From positions 268,400 through 332,399 of the forward strand of contig CAYNPK010000001.1 in NCBI GenBank assembly GCA_964399075.1: a stretch of DNA of 64,000 nucleotides. The letters run 5' to 3'. Of the stretch, positions 32,611 through 42,722 are shown in pieces. Every line of letters begins with the position of its first letter. Within the stretch, counting starts at the first letter, position 1. The notes below the pieces were generated by a model. It saw only the letters and a program-made list of their open reading frames with translations. It was not told where the DNA came from and ran no database searches. Both the position numbers and the translations under genes were made by a program. The stretch comes from an uncultured Candidatus Saccharibacteria bacterium (GTDB lineage: Bacteria > Patescibacteriota > Minisyncoccia > Phycocordibacterales > JACOZG01).

Positions 32611-34257
32611 CTACATCTTCTCCGGAACCGTGATGCCTAAGAGATCCAAGCCGTTCTCAAGCACTTGCGCCACGGCGTTGGTCAAAGCCAAGCGATAATT
32701 TTCTTCCTCATTGCCGATAATTTTATTAACCGCGTAATAAGAATTGAAAGCAGAAGCTAATTCAGTTAAATAAGTAATTAAATAATTAGGCGAGTAGTCA
32801 GAAGCGGAGCGTTCGACAACTTCCGGGAAACGATACAAAATTCTCTCCACCAGACTAATCGCACTCCCCTCTCTTTCTGTTTCTTTAGCGAGAATATCCA
32901 AATCAATTTTCTTGTTCGCCTTAGCTACTACCGCTTTGGCCCGGACGCAAGTGTATTGCAAGTAAGGACCGGAGTCGCCTTCGAAGGAGAGAGATTTAGC
33001 AAAATCAAAAATAATATCCTTACCGGGCGATTGACGCAAAATGGAATATTTAAGCGCGGCAATTGCTACCTGCGTAGCAATCTTCTCTTTGTCTGTCTCA
33101 CTTAATTCTCTATCAGAAATTTTTTCCTCCACCAGACTCTCCACATCGGAAATCAACGATTCGCCAGTAATCACATTGCCCTTTCTTGATGACATTTTAC
33201 CCGTGGCAAGTTTGAGCATTCCGTGGGACAAATGCTTCGTTCGCTTAGCAACTTCTGGACGGATTTCCCACAAGGCTCGAAGTACAACCTTAAAATAAGC
33301 GTCCTGCTCATTGGCCGTAATAATAATCGATTCGTCAGCGGGATACTTCTCAAACTTTCGCAAAGCATGAGCAATGTCCTTGGACTCATAAGTCGGTACG
33401 CCTTGCTTGGTCACAAAAACTCGCGTATGGAGATTGGGTTCGAATTTCTCCCCTTCAAACACGATCGCACCGCCACTTTCTTTAAAAATCCCTTTTCCCA
33501 AAAACTCTTTGGTAATCGCCGTCGCCTCACCAGCCACCTCGCTTTCAAAAAAATAAAAATCAAATTTTGTCCCAAGCTTCTTATATAATTCCTCAAAGTG
33601 CTCAAGGCTCACTCTCTTGCCCCAAACATAAATCGTGGAGAGCTCTTCATCGTTCTTATCATACAATTTTTTATTTATCTCCTTGATCTCCTCTGTTGCC
33701 TGAACGTCAGTCTCATAAGCTTCCGCTCCGAGAGCGTAAGCTTTGCCGATATATTCCACCTGTTCACTCAAGCTTGACTCAATGACGCCACCCAGCTTCG
33801 TTATCCCCCAGACCGCCTTAGCAACATGCAAACCAACATCGCCCTGATAAGTATTACGCTTCACTTCGGCACCGTTCTTCTCGATTAGACGCGAGAGCGA
33901 TTCGCCGATCACGTTACCCATCAAGTGGCCAATGTGAAGAGGCTTCAATATGTTAGTATTAGTATATTCAATAATTACTTTCTTATTCTTTAAATTATCA
34001 CTCTGGCCAAAATTATTTTTTTTCTGATTGATCTCAATGATAGCTTGAGTAAAAAATTCAGGCGAGAAATAGAAATTAATAAAACCGCCAACAACAGCTA
34101 CTCTCTCCAGCCAAGCTGGTTTCTCTTTATTTATCTTAACCGCTAATTCTGTCGCCAAGCCACGCGCGTGGCATGAATAGTCACCATGATCTAAATTGCC
34201 AGGATGTTCAAATTTAAACGAGTCGCCCACCAATTTCTGTAATTCTTCAATAATCAT
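32611..34257 (-). CDS. argS: Arginyl-tRNA synthetase
   Basis: NILKPLHIGHL, GKMSSRKGN and FEGDSGPYLQY. Confidence 0.95.
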   Translation of the reverse strand: MIIEELQKLVGDSFKFEHPGNLDHGDYSCHARGLATELAVKINKEKPAWLERVAVVGGFINFYFSPEFFTQAIIEINQKKNNFGQSDNLKNKKVIIEYTNTNILKPLHIGHLMGNVIGESLSRLIEKNGAEVKRNTYQGDVGLHVAKAVWGITKLGGVIESSLSEQVEYIGKAYALGAEAYETDVQATEEIKEINKKLYDKNDEELSTIYVWGKRVSLEHFEELYKKLGTKFDFYFFESEVAGEATAITKEFLGKGIFKESGGAIVFEGEKFEPNLHTRVFVTKQGVPTYESKDIAHALRKFEKYPADESIIITANEQDAYFKVVLRALWEIRPEVAKRTKHLSHGMLKLATGKMSSRKGNVITGESLISDVESLVEEKISDRELSETDKEKIATQVAIAALKYSILRQSPGKDIIFDFAKSLSFEGDSGPYLQYTCVRAKAVVAKANKKIDLDILAKETEREGSAISLVERILYRFPEVVERSASDYSPNYLITYLTELASAFNSYYAVNKIIGNEEENYRLALTNAVAQVLENGLDLLGITVPEKM

Positions 34258-34290
34258 TAGAGTTATCCTATCAAAAAAAATAGCTACAAG

Positions 34291-34716
34291 CTATCGCCCC
34301 GTGGAACCCCAGCGTCCTTGACCACGACTAGAATCAGACAGTTCTGGCACTTCTTCGAGCTCGGCAATCGCCACCGGGTAAATAATAAGTTGGGCGATTT
34401 TGTCACCGGTCTTGATCGCGTAAGATCGATTACTTAAATTTACCAAATGGATATTATACTCGCCACGATAACCAGCGTCATAGACACCACCCATGGTATG
34501 CAAACCGGCCTTAGCAATACTTCCCTTATCTTTCACAATACCAGCGTAACCATTCGCAAATTCCAAAGCAAAACCCAGAAAGAAAATATGATGCTCCCCC
34601 GGCTTAAGCTCATAATCTTCCAGGGAATACAAATCTAAACCAACATCGCCAGGATGAGCATAGCTCGGCAATTTAGCTTCCGGACTCAATTGTTTAATTT
34701 TTATCTTTAAATCCAT
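34291..34716 (-). CDS. dut: dUTP diphosphatase
   Basis: GDVGLDL, GGVYDAGYRGE, GDKIAQL and RGQGRWGSTG. Confidence 0.93.
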   Translation of the reverse strand: MDLKIKIKQLSPEAKLPSYAHPGDVGLDLYSLEDYELKPGEHHIFFLGFALEFANGYAGIVKDKGSIAKAGLHTMGGVYDAGYRGEYNIHLVNLSNRSYAIKTGDKIAQLIIYPVAIAELEEVPELSDSSRGQGRWGSTGR

Positions 34717-34717
34717 T

Positions 34718-35428
34718 TCAGATTTTCAGATTATTTTTAACTATTTCGAATACTCGCTCATGGACCGCCTCCGGCGGTAAACAAACCTGACCTCGACAAC
34801 ACTCAACTCTAACCCAATCCTTACTTCCCTTAGCCAAGTGGAGAGCGCTAGAGCAAGAATTCTTCAAATGAATCAGGTTATCTTCGGCAACGTCCTTCCG
34901 GCCTCGCAAATATTTTTTACTTCTCTGGAGAACTTTTTGTTCCAACCACTTCTTACTGACTTCAAACGGCACATCAAGATAAATAACCAAGTTTGGACGC
35001 GGAATTTTAAACACTCCGTATTCCATCTTATCAAGCCAAGTCAAGAAATCGCGACGCTGGCTTAAATTATCGATTTTACCCCCCTGATGAATTTGATTGG
35101 CGCTAACATAGCGATCAACCACAACGACATAGCCTGCCTCTAACCATTTAGCAATCAACTGACTTGATTCGAAGCGGTCCGCGGCGTACAGCACAGAAGC
35201 CACGCGAGGATCAGTTTGAATAAAGTCACCGTATTGGCCTGACAAATATTCGCCAATCAATTGACCAAAAAAGTTATCGTAATAGCGAGGAAAATCAATC
35301 GTTTTAACTTTTATTTTTTCTTTTTTTAATCTTTGGACCAGTAATTTAGTTTGCGTCGCCTTACCAGAACCATCGATTCCATCAATCACAATTAGTTTAC
35401 CTTTAATTTTAGAAATTCTAGACATCAT
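34718..35428 (-). CDS. tmk: Thymidylate kinase
   Basis: DGIDGSGKATQ, FPRY, LYAADR and DRYVSAN. Confidence 0.9.
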   Translation of the reverse strand: MMSRISKIKGKLIVIDGIDGSGKATQTKLLVQRLKKEKIKVKTIDFPRYYDNFFGQLIGEYLSGQYGDFIQTDPRVASVLYAADRFESSQLIAKWLEAGYVVVVDRYVSANQIHQGGKIDNLSQRRDFLTWLDKMEYGVFKIPRPNLVIYLDVPFEVSKKWLEQKVLQRSKKYLRGRKDVAEDNLIHLKNSCSSALHLAKGSKDWVRVECCRGQVCLPPEAVHERVFEIVKNNLKI

Positions 35429-35432
35429 TACT

Positions 35433-36620
35433 TTATTTTGATTTATTTTTCTTAATTTGCAATTTTAAAACCTTATCAATCTTCTTGGCAATCTGCTTCA
35501 TCTTCTCGGCCCTAGCGCCACGCGTTGTCTCGGCCGCCGTACCCAGACGAATGCCGGAGGGGTCAACTGGCGGACGCGAATCAAAGGGAATAGCATTCTT
35601 GTTAACAATAATCCCGCAAGCTTCTAAAGCCTCGCTAGCCATCCCACCGCTAACACCTGCCCCATCCTGCCAAGTGTCAACTAAAATCAAGTGGCTATCA
35701 GTACCACCTGAGACTAGACGCCAACCATACCTTCGAAGTTCATTTCCCAGAGTCTTGGCGTTCTCTATCACTCGTTGGGCGTACTTTTTGAAGTCGGGGC
35801 GGGAAGCTTCAGCCAGAGCCACAGCCACAGCGGCAATTTGATTGATATGCGGTCCACCCTGCAAGCCGGGGAAAACAGCTTTGTTAATTTTTTTGATTAA
35901 TTCCTGTCGGCAAAAAATCAACGCCGCTCGCGGACCACGCAGAGTCTTATGGGTAGTAGTGGTCACCACATCAGCATATTTAAACGGCGAAGGATAGGCG
36001 CCACCAGCAATCAAACCAGCGACGTGCGACATGTCCACCATTAAGTAAGCGCCACAACTATCGGCGATATGGCGAAATTTTTTAAAATTAATTTTACGAG
36101 GATAAGCTGTGTAGCCAGCCACGATAATCGCCGGCTTCTCGCGACGAGCAATTTTTTCTAAATCATCATAATTCAACTGTTCCGTCTTCTGACTAACGCC
36201 GTAAGGAATTTGTTGCCAAATTTTACCGGTAGCCGAGACGAAATGGCCATGCGTTAGATGTCCACCCTGATCAAGTGACATACCCATAATTTTTCCACCA
36301 AGTGGCACTAGTCCAAGATAGACCGCTAAATTAGCCGGCGAGCCGGAAAGTGGCTGAACGTTAACATTCCAGACCTTAGGTTTTAATTGATAGAGTTTAA
36401 GAGCGCGAGCTTGACACAATTTTTCCACCTCATCAACAATTTCATTACCGCCATAATATCGAGCTTCTGGATAACCCTCGGCGTACTTATTATTAAATTC
36501 CGAACCAAGCGCCAGTAAAACATCCCGAGAAACATAATTCTCCGAAGCGATTAAATTAATAACCCGCTTCTGCCTTGCCCGCTCCATTTTAATTAGTTTT
36601 TCGACTTGTTTGTCTTGCAT
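35433..36620 (-). CDS. glyA: Serine hydroxymethyltransferase
   Basis: LIASEN, KYAEGYP, GGHLTHG, TTTHKTLRGPR and FPGLQGGP. Confidence 0.97.
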   Translation of the reverse strand: MQDKQVEKLIKMERARQKRVINLIASENYVSRDVLLALGSEFNNKYAEGYPEARYYGGNEIVDEVEKLCQARALKLYQLKPKVWNVNVQPLSGSPANLAVYLGLVPLGGKIMGMSLDQGGHLTHGHFVSATGKIWQQIPYGVSQKTEQLNYDDLEKIARREKPAIIVAGYTAYPRKINFKKFRHIADSCGAYLMVDMSHVAGLIAGGAYPSPFKYADVVTTTTHKTLRGPRAALIFCRQELIKKINKAVFPGLQGGPHINQIAAVAVALAEASRPDFKKYAQRVIENAKTLGNELRRYGWRLVSGGTDSHLILVDTWQDGAGVSGGMASEALEACGIIVNKNAIPFDSRPPVDPSGIRLGTAAETTRGARAEKMKQIAKKIDKVLKLQIKKNKSK

Positions 36621-36667
36621 AAAGTCAATACTAGCAGAGTTTAAGTTAAGAGACTATAATGAAAATA

Positions 36668-37582
36668 ATGTATCTTCCTTACACACAACGTTCTCCGGAT
36701 AATCAATATCAACGCCTATTGCGCGATATTTTAGAACAGGGAACATTGACCCCAAGCCAGCAGGGTACAGACGCTATAACATTAATAGCCCCCAAACCCT
36801 TACGCTTTCGCCTAGAGAACGGATTTCCGATGATCACCGAGCGTAACTTAAACCCTAAGCCATCCGAACATTTACCTGTGACTATCTGGCAACAAGCCAT
36901 AGGCGAAATTTGCGCTTTTATAAATGGCGCCAGAACCCAAACAAAATTGGAACAATTTGGCTGTTATTGGTGGCGACATTGGGTAACAGAAGAAAAATGT
37001 CGCAAACGCAATTTAGAACCAGGTGATCTAGGCCCAGGTTCTTATGGTGCCGCTTTTCATGATTTTCCCACCATAGAAGGTGATACTTTTAATCAATTTG
37101 CGCACTTAGTGGAACAACTTAAAGAAGAACCGCAACTGCGCACCCATTTTGTAACACCCTGGATTCCGCAATACATAGTCCGAGGCAAAGGCAAACAACA
37201 AAAAGTAGTCGTCGCTCCTTGTCACGGCTGGGTTCACGCAAGAATTATTAATAACAAGCTAACCCTCCACATGTTCCAGCGCTCCGCCGATGTCCCCGTC
37301 GGTGTTCCAGCTAATATGATACAATATGCCGCCCTGACTTTAATGCTCGCGAAGGTAACAGGAGTAGAACCCTATGAATATATCCACAGCTTCTCTGACA
37401 CCCACATTTATGTTGACCAGAAACCAGCGGTAGAAATAATGCTAAACCGAGAGCCAAGAGCCTTCCCAACCATTACTCTCAACCCAACCAAAACAGATCT
37501 TTTCGCTTTCCGTAAAGAAGATTTCACTCTGACTGACTACGAGCCTCATCCGGGAATCAAAGAGATTCCAGTGGCTATTTAA
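36668..37582 (+). CDS. thyA: Thymidylate synthase
   Basis: APCH catalytic Cys, QRSADVPVGVPAN, HIY and YEPHPGIK. The start is probably ATG 36668, 7 nt after TATAAT. Confidence 0.9.
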   Translation: MYLPYTQRSPDNQYQRLLRDILEQGTLTPSQQGTDAITLIAPKPLRFRLENGFPMITERNLNPKPSEHLPVTIWQQAIGEICAFINGARTQTKLEQFGCYWWRHWVTEEKCRKRNLEPGDLGPGSYGAAFHDFPTIEGDTFNQFAHLVEQLKEEPQLRTHFVTPWIPQYIVRGKGKQQKVVVAPCHGWVHARIINNKLTLHMFQRSADVPVGVPANMIQYAALTLMLAKVTGVEPYEYIHSFSDTHIYVDQKPAVEIMLNREPRAFPTITLNPTKTDLFAFRKEDFTLTDYEPHPGIKEIPVAI

Positions 37583-37585
37583 ATT

Positions 37586-38077
37586 ATGATTTCCATCATC
37601 GCCGCTATCGCCGAAAATAATTGCATCGGTATCAACAACAAACTCCCCTGGCACTTACCTGGCGATTTGAAAAATTTTGCCCGTCTAACTAGCAACAAAA
37701 CAGTCGTTATGGGAATGAATACTTATAAATCAATTGTAAATGCCTTAGGAAAGTCTTTGCCTAATCGCACCAACATCATTCTAACTTTTGAAATTAACCA
37801 AAACATTAAGGAGCGACAGATGAAATCTTGGGAAGAAGTGAGGAAACTAGCTGAAACTGAAGAAGTCTTCGTTATCGGCGGGGGAAGCGTTTATAAACAA
37901 GCACTTGATTTCGCAAACCGTCTGTACATCACTCGCGTCCACGCCAAACCATTCGGCGATACATTCTTTCCACCGATTGAATTAAACAAATGGGAATTAA
38001 AAAGCTCTCAACCCGCCATCAAACAACCCAATGACGAATGTGACTATACTTTCGAGATCTATGAACGACAAAAATAA
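37586..38077 (+). CDS. folA: Dihydrofolate reductase
   Basis: IAAIAENNCIG..NKLPWHLPGDL, LPNRTNIIL, VIGGGSVY and GDTFFP. Confidence 0.95.
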   Translation: MISIIAAIAENNCIGINNKLPWHLPGDLKNFARLTSNKTVVMGMNTYKSIVNALGKSLPNRTNIILTFEINQNIKERQMKSWEEVRKLAETEEVFVIGGGSVYKQALDFANRLYITRVHAKPFGDTFFPPIELNKWELKSSQPAIKQPNDECDYTFEIYERQK

Positions 38078-38537
38078 ATTTATCAATCTCTCTTCTGTCC
38101 GCCGTCAAGATCAACGTCAAGTAATGGAAGCTATTAACAAACAAGGTCATTGTCCTTTTTGTCGAGAAAATTTGGAAAAATATCATAAAAATCCAATTCT
38201 CAAGGAAGGTAAATTTTGGTTACTTACCGAAAATCAGTGGCCCTACGAAAAGATCAAACATCAACTATTAGCAATTTATAAAACCCACATTGAACATATT
38301 AAAGATTTAGACCCAGAAGCGGGCAAAGAATTAATTGTGCTGTTCGCCGAGGAAACCAAAAAACGAAAGATTCCAGGCGGTGGTTTGGCAATGCGCTTCG
38401 GGAATAATCCAAAATTAGGAAATTACGGTTCAAGTGTCCAACATCTTCATGCCCACCTTATCGAACCAGATTTGGCCGCTCTGGCTTCAGACGAAGCGTG
38501 GCGTTTCAAATTCGGTCAATCTAAAAATTCCACATAA
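38061..38537 (+). CDS. HIT-family nucleotide hydrolase
   Basis: CPFC and SVQHLHAHLI (HxHxH triad). Confidence 0.8.
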   Translation: MNDKNKFINLSSVRRQDQRQVMEAINKQGHCPFCRENLEKYHKNPILKEGKFWLLTENQWPYEKIKHQLLAIYKTHIEHIKDLDPEAGKELIVLFAEETKKRKIPGGGLAMRFGNNPKLGNYGSSVQHLHAHLIEPDLAALASDEAWRFKFGQSKNST

Positions 38538-39358
38538 ACAACCTCTACCCCTTGAGAGCGCAGGATGCTTTCACCATCCAAGGCACCATAACCGCGATTA
38601 TAATAAAGTTTTTTGATGCCAGAGTAAGCTATTAATTTGGCGCAGGGCGGGCAAGGAAAATCGGAGCAATACAACTCACAACCTGCGAGTGAAATCCCCC
38701 TCCTGGCCGCCTCGGCAATAACACCAGCCTCGGCGTGAATCACGGTTGAAAGATCGACACCTTGTCCTTGTTTAAAAAGATTACGCGGATCACCATCAAT
38801 GTAAGGCAAATGTTCTGAGGGTACGTGCCGATTGTGATTCCGCAAAACTTCTTGACCGTCCTTCAGGACAATCGCCCCCACTCGTCGCCACCAACAAGAA
38901 CTTTTATCCCCTTCATCCTTAGCTTGAGCCATAATTTTTTTATCAAATTCTTGACTAGAAATTTTGATATCCGGACTAATCGGCCGTGGCGCTGAAACCA
39001 GATGCTTATCCCAACGAAGAAAAATGCTGTCAAAAATGATTTGCCGTCCAGAAAAATAAACTTCAGCCAAAGAAAGCGACACATCCTCTCGAGGCATAAT
39101 GATCTCTCCTTTACCTTCACTAAGAAATTTCAATTTAGCCTCGTCCAAAATTTCCACTGTCTTAAAAATTCCGAGCGCCAGAACAGCTTGGCGCATTAGC
39201 TCTGGATCCAGAGCTCGAATTTCTTTACGCAAATAATCAAATTTAGCAATCACTTCCGGCCCAAAAATATAGAGACTGTTGGCATCGCGATATTTTTCAA
39301 AAAACCGCCTATATCCCTCGTGAAGAACCGGAACATAGGCGATAATAACTCGTTTCAT
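38516..39358 (-). CDS. dCMP deaminase-like protein with extra N-terminal domain
   Basis: HAEAG...PCPPCAKLI zinc deaminase motif. The N-terminal PVLHEGY resembles a HIGH-like motif. Confidence 0.8.
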   Translation of the reverse strand: MKRVIIAYVPVLHEGYRRFFEKYRDANSLYIFGPEVIAKFDYLRKEIRALDPELMRQAVLALGIFKTVEILDEAKLKFLSEGKGEIIMPREDVSLSLAEVYFSGRQIIFDSIFLRWDKHLVSAPRPISPDIKISSQEFDKKIMAQAKDEGDKSSCWWRRVGAIVLKDGQEVLRNHNRHVPSEHLPYIDGDPRNLFKQGQGVDLSTVIHAEAGVIAEAARRGISLAGCELYCSDFPCPPCAKLIAYSGIKKLYYNRGYGALDGESILRSQGVEVVYVEFLD

Positions 39359-39363
39359 CTAAT

Positions 39364-39966
39364 CTATTTGGCTTGATTCAAAACTTCTTGCAAGGTACTA
39401 ATCAATTTCGGCGTTAGAGTTTGTTCCAATTTTTTAGCGGTATTGATCTGAAGTAAACGCAATTTGGCGCTGGTAGTGGTAGTAGCCATTCGTTTAAGCA
39501 CCACCACGCGACCGCAATATTGTCCAAGTGCCTTAATCTGAGTTTTAGTATAAGAATCCTCGGTGGCAATAAGCAAATCCGGCTTGATAATTTTAATCAG
39601 TGACCATTTAGGTGCCTTCAGGGGTTTGAGGACAACCAAATCAACCGAGCGTAAATGGGTTAAAATTTCCAATCGCTCTTGTTCTGGCACCACTGGTCGC
39701 TCTGGCCCCTTGCGAGCTTTAACCTTCTCATCGCTATCGACACCAACAACAAGCAAGTCTCCATGTTTTTTGGCAGCCTCCAAATAACGAGCATGCCCAA
39801 TATGAACCATGTCAAAAGTCCCTTGAGTAAGCACGATCCGCAAACCTAAGCCCTTGCAATGGTAAATAAATTTGGCCAATTTTTTATAATCGGCAATAAT
39901 TCGGTTATTAGAACGAGCGCTGTCACCAAAAACAGCTTTTTCCACCACAAGATTTATGTCTCCCAT
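39364..39966 (-). CDS. Cytidylyl/adenylyltransferase family protein (RfaE/TagD-like)
   Basis: QGTFDMVHIGHARYL...LVVGVDSD..V...KGPERP. Confidence 0.85.
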   Translation of the reverse strand: MGDINLVVEKAVFGDSARSNNRIIADYKKLAKFIYHCKGLGLRIVLTQGTFDMVHIGHARYLEAAKKHGDLLVVGVDSDEKVKARKGPERPVVPEQERLEILTHLRSVDLVVLKPLKAPKWSLIKIIKPDLLIATEDSYTKTQIKALGQYCGRVVVLKRMATTTTSAKLRLLQINTAKKLEQTLTPKLISTLQEVLNQAK

Positions 39967-39970
39967 TTTG

Positions 39971-40399
39971 CTATTTTACCACCTCAATCCCCATAGAGCG
40001 AGCGGAGCCGGCGATAATCTTCATCGCCTGATCAACATCAGTAGTATTAAGATCAGACAGCTTCTTCTCTGCTACCTCGCGTAGTTGAGCTTGGGTAATT
40101 TTACCAATTTTCTTAGTATTAGGGCGTCCGGAACCTTTCTCCTGCCCGAGACTCTTCAACAGTAAATTAGAGGCTGGTGAAGTTTTTAAAATAAAGTCAA
40201 AACTCCTATCCTGATAAACAGAGATAATCACCGGCACCACCTCACCAGCCATCTTAGAAGTGGCGGTGTTAAATTTAGTAACAAATTCGCCAATGTTAAT
40301 ACCGGCTTGACCAAGAGCTGGACCAACCGGCGGAGCCGGAGTGGCTTTACCGGCGGGAATCACTAATTTAACTTGTTTGACTGGTTTTTTTTCTGCCAT
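39971..40399 (-). CDS. rplK: 50S ribosomal protein L11
   Basis: [21 protein letters not shown]...[10 protein letters not shown]. Confidence 0.97.
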   Translation of the reverse strand: MAEKKPVKQVKLVIPAGKATPAPPVGPALGQAGINIGEFVTKFNTATSKMAGEVVPVIISVYQDRSFDFILKTSPASNLLLKSLGQEKGSGRPNTKKIGKITQAQLREVAEKKLSDLNTTDVDQAMKIIAGSARSMGIEVVK

Positions 40400-40415
40400 A
40401 TATAATGAATCTAAC

Positions 40416-40961
40416 TTAAATTTTCTTAACTTGCAAGAAGTCTATTTCTACCGGCGTCTCACGACCAAACATCGAAACCAGCACTTTAACTTTACCCCTA
40501 TCCTCATCAATCTCATTAACCTTACCCTCAAAATCTTTAAAGGGCCCGTCGACAATTTGCACCGCCTCATCAACAATTAAATCAATCTTGTGTTTGATGT
40601 GATCAGCATTCATACGAGAAAATAGATTATCTACTTCTGATTTATCCAGAGGCACTGGCACCACGCCAGAGCCAACAAAACCGGTTACCCGCGGAGTATT
40701 GCGAACCACGTACCAAGAATCATCAGTGACAACCATATCAACCAGAACATAACCTGGGTAAATTTTTTCCTCCATAGTTATTCGCTTACCGCCCTTAACC
40801 TTGACCTTCTTTTCAATTGGCACAATGACGTTAAAAATTTTATGACCCATATCTAAAGAGTCAATTCGCTGTTTCAAATTACGCGCCACGGCGTTCTCAT
40901 AACCAGCGTAAGTATGGATCGCGTACCAATTTCGCTCTGGATGAAGTTCTTGCTTGCTCAT
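40416..40961 (-). CDS. nusG: Transcription termination/antitermination factor NusG
   Basis: [28 protein letters not shown] and KOW DGPF...FGRETPVE. Confidence 0.97.
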   Translation of the reverse strand: MSKQELHPERNWYAIHTYAGYENAVARNLKQRIDSLDMGHKIFNVIVPIEKKVKVKGGKRITMEEKIYPGYVLVDMVVTDDSWYVVRNTPRVTGFVGSGVVPVPLDKSEVDNLFSRMNADHIKHKIDLIVDEAVQIVDGPFKDFEGKVNEIDEDRGKVKVLVSMFGRETPVEIDFLQVKKI

Positions 40962-40984
40962 GTTAATTAATGAAAAAAATAAAA

Positions 40985-41161
40985 TTAAATAACCAAACGC
41001 AAAATAGAATTAAAAACTAAATCAGCTAAACCCAGTAAAGAGGCTATGACTAAAGAAAAAACAATCACCACTGCTGTATAAGCAATGATTTGTTGACGGC
41101 TAGACCAATTAACATGCTTTAATTCAGCTCTAGTGCCCTTAATGTAAGCGGTAAGATTCAT
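40985..41161 (-). CDS. secE: Preprotein translocase subunit SecE (58 aa, not in ORF track)
   Basis: MNLTAYIKGTRAELKHVNWSSRQQIIAYTAVVIVFSLVIASLLGLADLVF carries the ELKxVxW motif and lies upstream of nusG. Confidence 0.92.
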   Translation of the reverse strand: MNLTAYIKGTRAELKHVNWSSRQQIIAYTAVVIVFSLVIASLLGLADLVFNSILRLVI

Positions 41162-41200
41162 GATTGAATAATTAATTATTTAACACTTTTTAATATGATA

Positions 41201-41770
41201 TTAGGGCTGAAGAATATCTTCCGTTTGACCATCAATAGAGATGATCACCTCATTGACAGCGGGAAACTGCTTAAGCGTCTCGGTAATTTGAGCGCGGATG
41301 GCTGTTACGGCGCAAGCGCCACCAATCTGATGTCCTAACTCCGAACTAAAATCGACCGAAGCGATACCGTCCACAATAGACAGAGACTGAATCTTAACAC
41401 CAGAATTAATAGAAGTGGCAAAACCACGAGCAATCTCATCTTCACTTGGACCAGCCAATAATTCTTCTAGAGCCGCTCGCGCTATTGCCGGAGTTTTCTG
41501 GATTCTTCGGCTAGTTGGATAAACTCGTTCACAATACAACATCTCCGGATCTTGTTCGGAATTACTAAAGAAAACTCTGACTACCTGTGGCTGAATCTCG
41601 ATAGGAGGAACTGAGGGAATCGGGGTTTGCTCCTCAATATCAATAATCGGCGGTTCCGACTCCAATTCCGGGCTAGACTCAATAACGCTTGACTGCCAAG
41701 CGAAAGCCACAACAGACAGGATAACAATAGCGCCAACCGCGATAACAATATTACGAACATTTGTAGCCAT
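41201..41770 (-). CDS. GerMN domain protein
   Basis: AALEELLAGP, ASVDFS and AQITETLKQFPAVNEVIISIDG. Confidence 0.85.
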   Translation of the reverse strand: MATNVRNIVIAVGAIVILSVVAFAWQSSVIESSPELESEPPIIDIEEQTPIPSVPPIEIQPQVVRVFFSNSEQDPEMLYCERVYPTSRRIQKTPAIARAALEELLAGPSEDEIARGFATSINSGVKIQSLSIVDGIASVDFSSELGHQIGGACAVTAIRAQITETLKQFPAVNEVIISIDGQTEDILQP

Positions 41771-41881
41771 GTCTTCAATTAAACACTTTTTTTACTAAAA
41801 TTGCAACTTTTAAAGTTTTAAATAAAAAAGGGAAGAGCGATTGTCGTTAGACAACCGCTCTGGATTCAGCCGGAATCAGGA

Positions 41882-42097
41882 TCAGCGAAGTTTGGGTGCG
41901 ACGTCAGGATCGGGAGTTTTGATAGCAGTTGCATTCTCCCGTTTGATAGCATCGTACACCTCTTTTCTGTGGACAGAGATCTCGCCAGGAGCGGTAATCC
42001 CCAACCGCACTTTGTCACCACGGATGTCCACGATGGTGATCTCAATGTTATCACCAATCATGATCGTCTGATCCCGTTGCCGCGACAACACTAACAT
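41882..42097 (-). CDS. csrA: Carbon storage regulator CsrA/RsmA
   Basis: [48 protein letters not shown], with AAGGAGG SD before ATG 42097. Confidence 0.95.
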   Translation of the reverse strand: MLVLSRQRDQTIMIGDNIEITIVDIRGDKVRLGITAPGEISVHRKEVYDAIKRENATAIKTPDPDVAPKLR

Positions 42098-42232
42098 GGC
42101 AAACCTCCTTATTTGCCAAACACCAAATGAAATGATCCAAATCGACGCCAATTTACTTATAACAAAAAACCAGCCGTTGCGCAAGTACACAACGGCTGGT
42201 GGGTAAGCAGGGGTAGGCCAACCCCTACTTAA

Positions 42233-42580
42233 TCAATGCAAAGGAGACAGTCTAGCGGAGGGACCCTCCACAAAGACTCGATAGGTTCCCAGAACAATGG
42301 TGTGGCCGTTCTGACCCCTGTCGATAACCTGGATTTCTCCACCATGAGGAACAGGGAAAACCTGGTCTCGAGGGGATTCACGATTGCGATCTCGGCCAGC
42401 GCCGAAAATCACAGACATGAGAGGATTCCCGTCGAGAACCAGTTCTGCGGAGCATGAGTGAACGCGACTCACCTGTAAGGTGGCTACGCCACGCGCCACC
42501 CTAAGCTCCCCTCCGGGTCCCAGCAAGACCCCATTACTACTTCCGTTTCCATTTTTTCCACGCGTCTTCTTCCGAGACAT
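42233..42580 (-). CDS. Orphan hypothetical protein
   Basis: Probable start at ATG 42580 (MSRKKTRG) with GGAG SD. A terminator hairpin lies at about 42165-42200. Confidence 0.5.
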   Translation of the reverse strand: MSRKKTRGKNGNGSSNGVLLGPGGELRVARGVATLQVSRVHSCSAELVLDGNPLMSVIFGAGRDRNRESPRDQVFPVPHGGEIQVIDRGQNGHTIVLGTYRVFVEGPSARLSPLH

Positions 42581-42722
42581 GAGAACTCCATTTCTTTTCT
42601 CTTTTTGAGTTTTCCCATTACCATTTACCACTAGGACACGATGTGAAAAAGTTTGTTCGATCGATATGGCCTCCTTGCTAAAAAGAACAACCCCCACGCC
42701 AACCTTATTTATAACTCTATCA

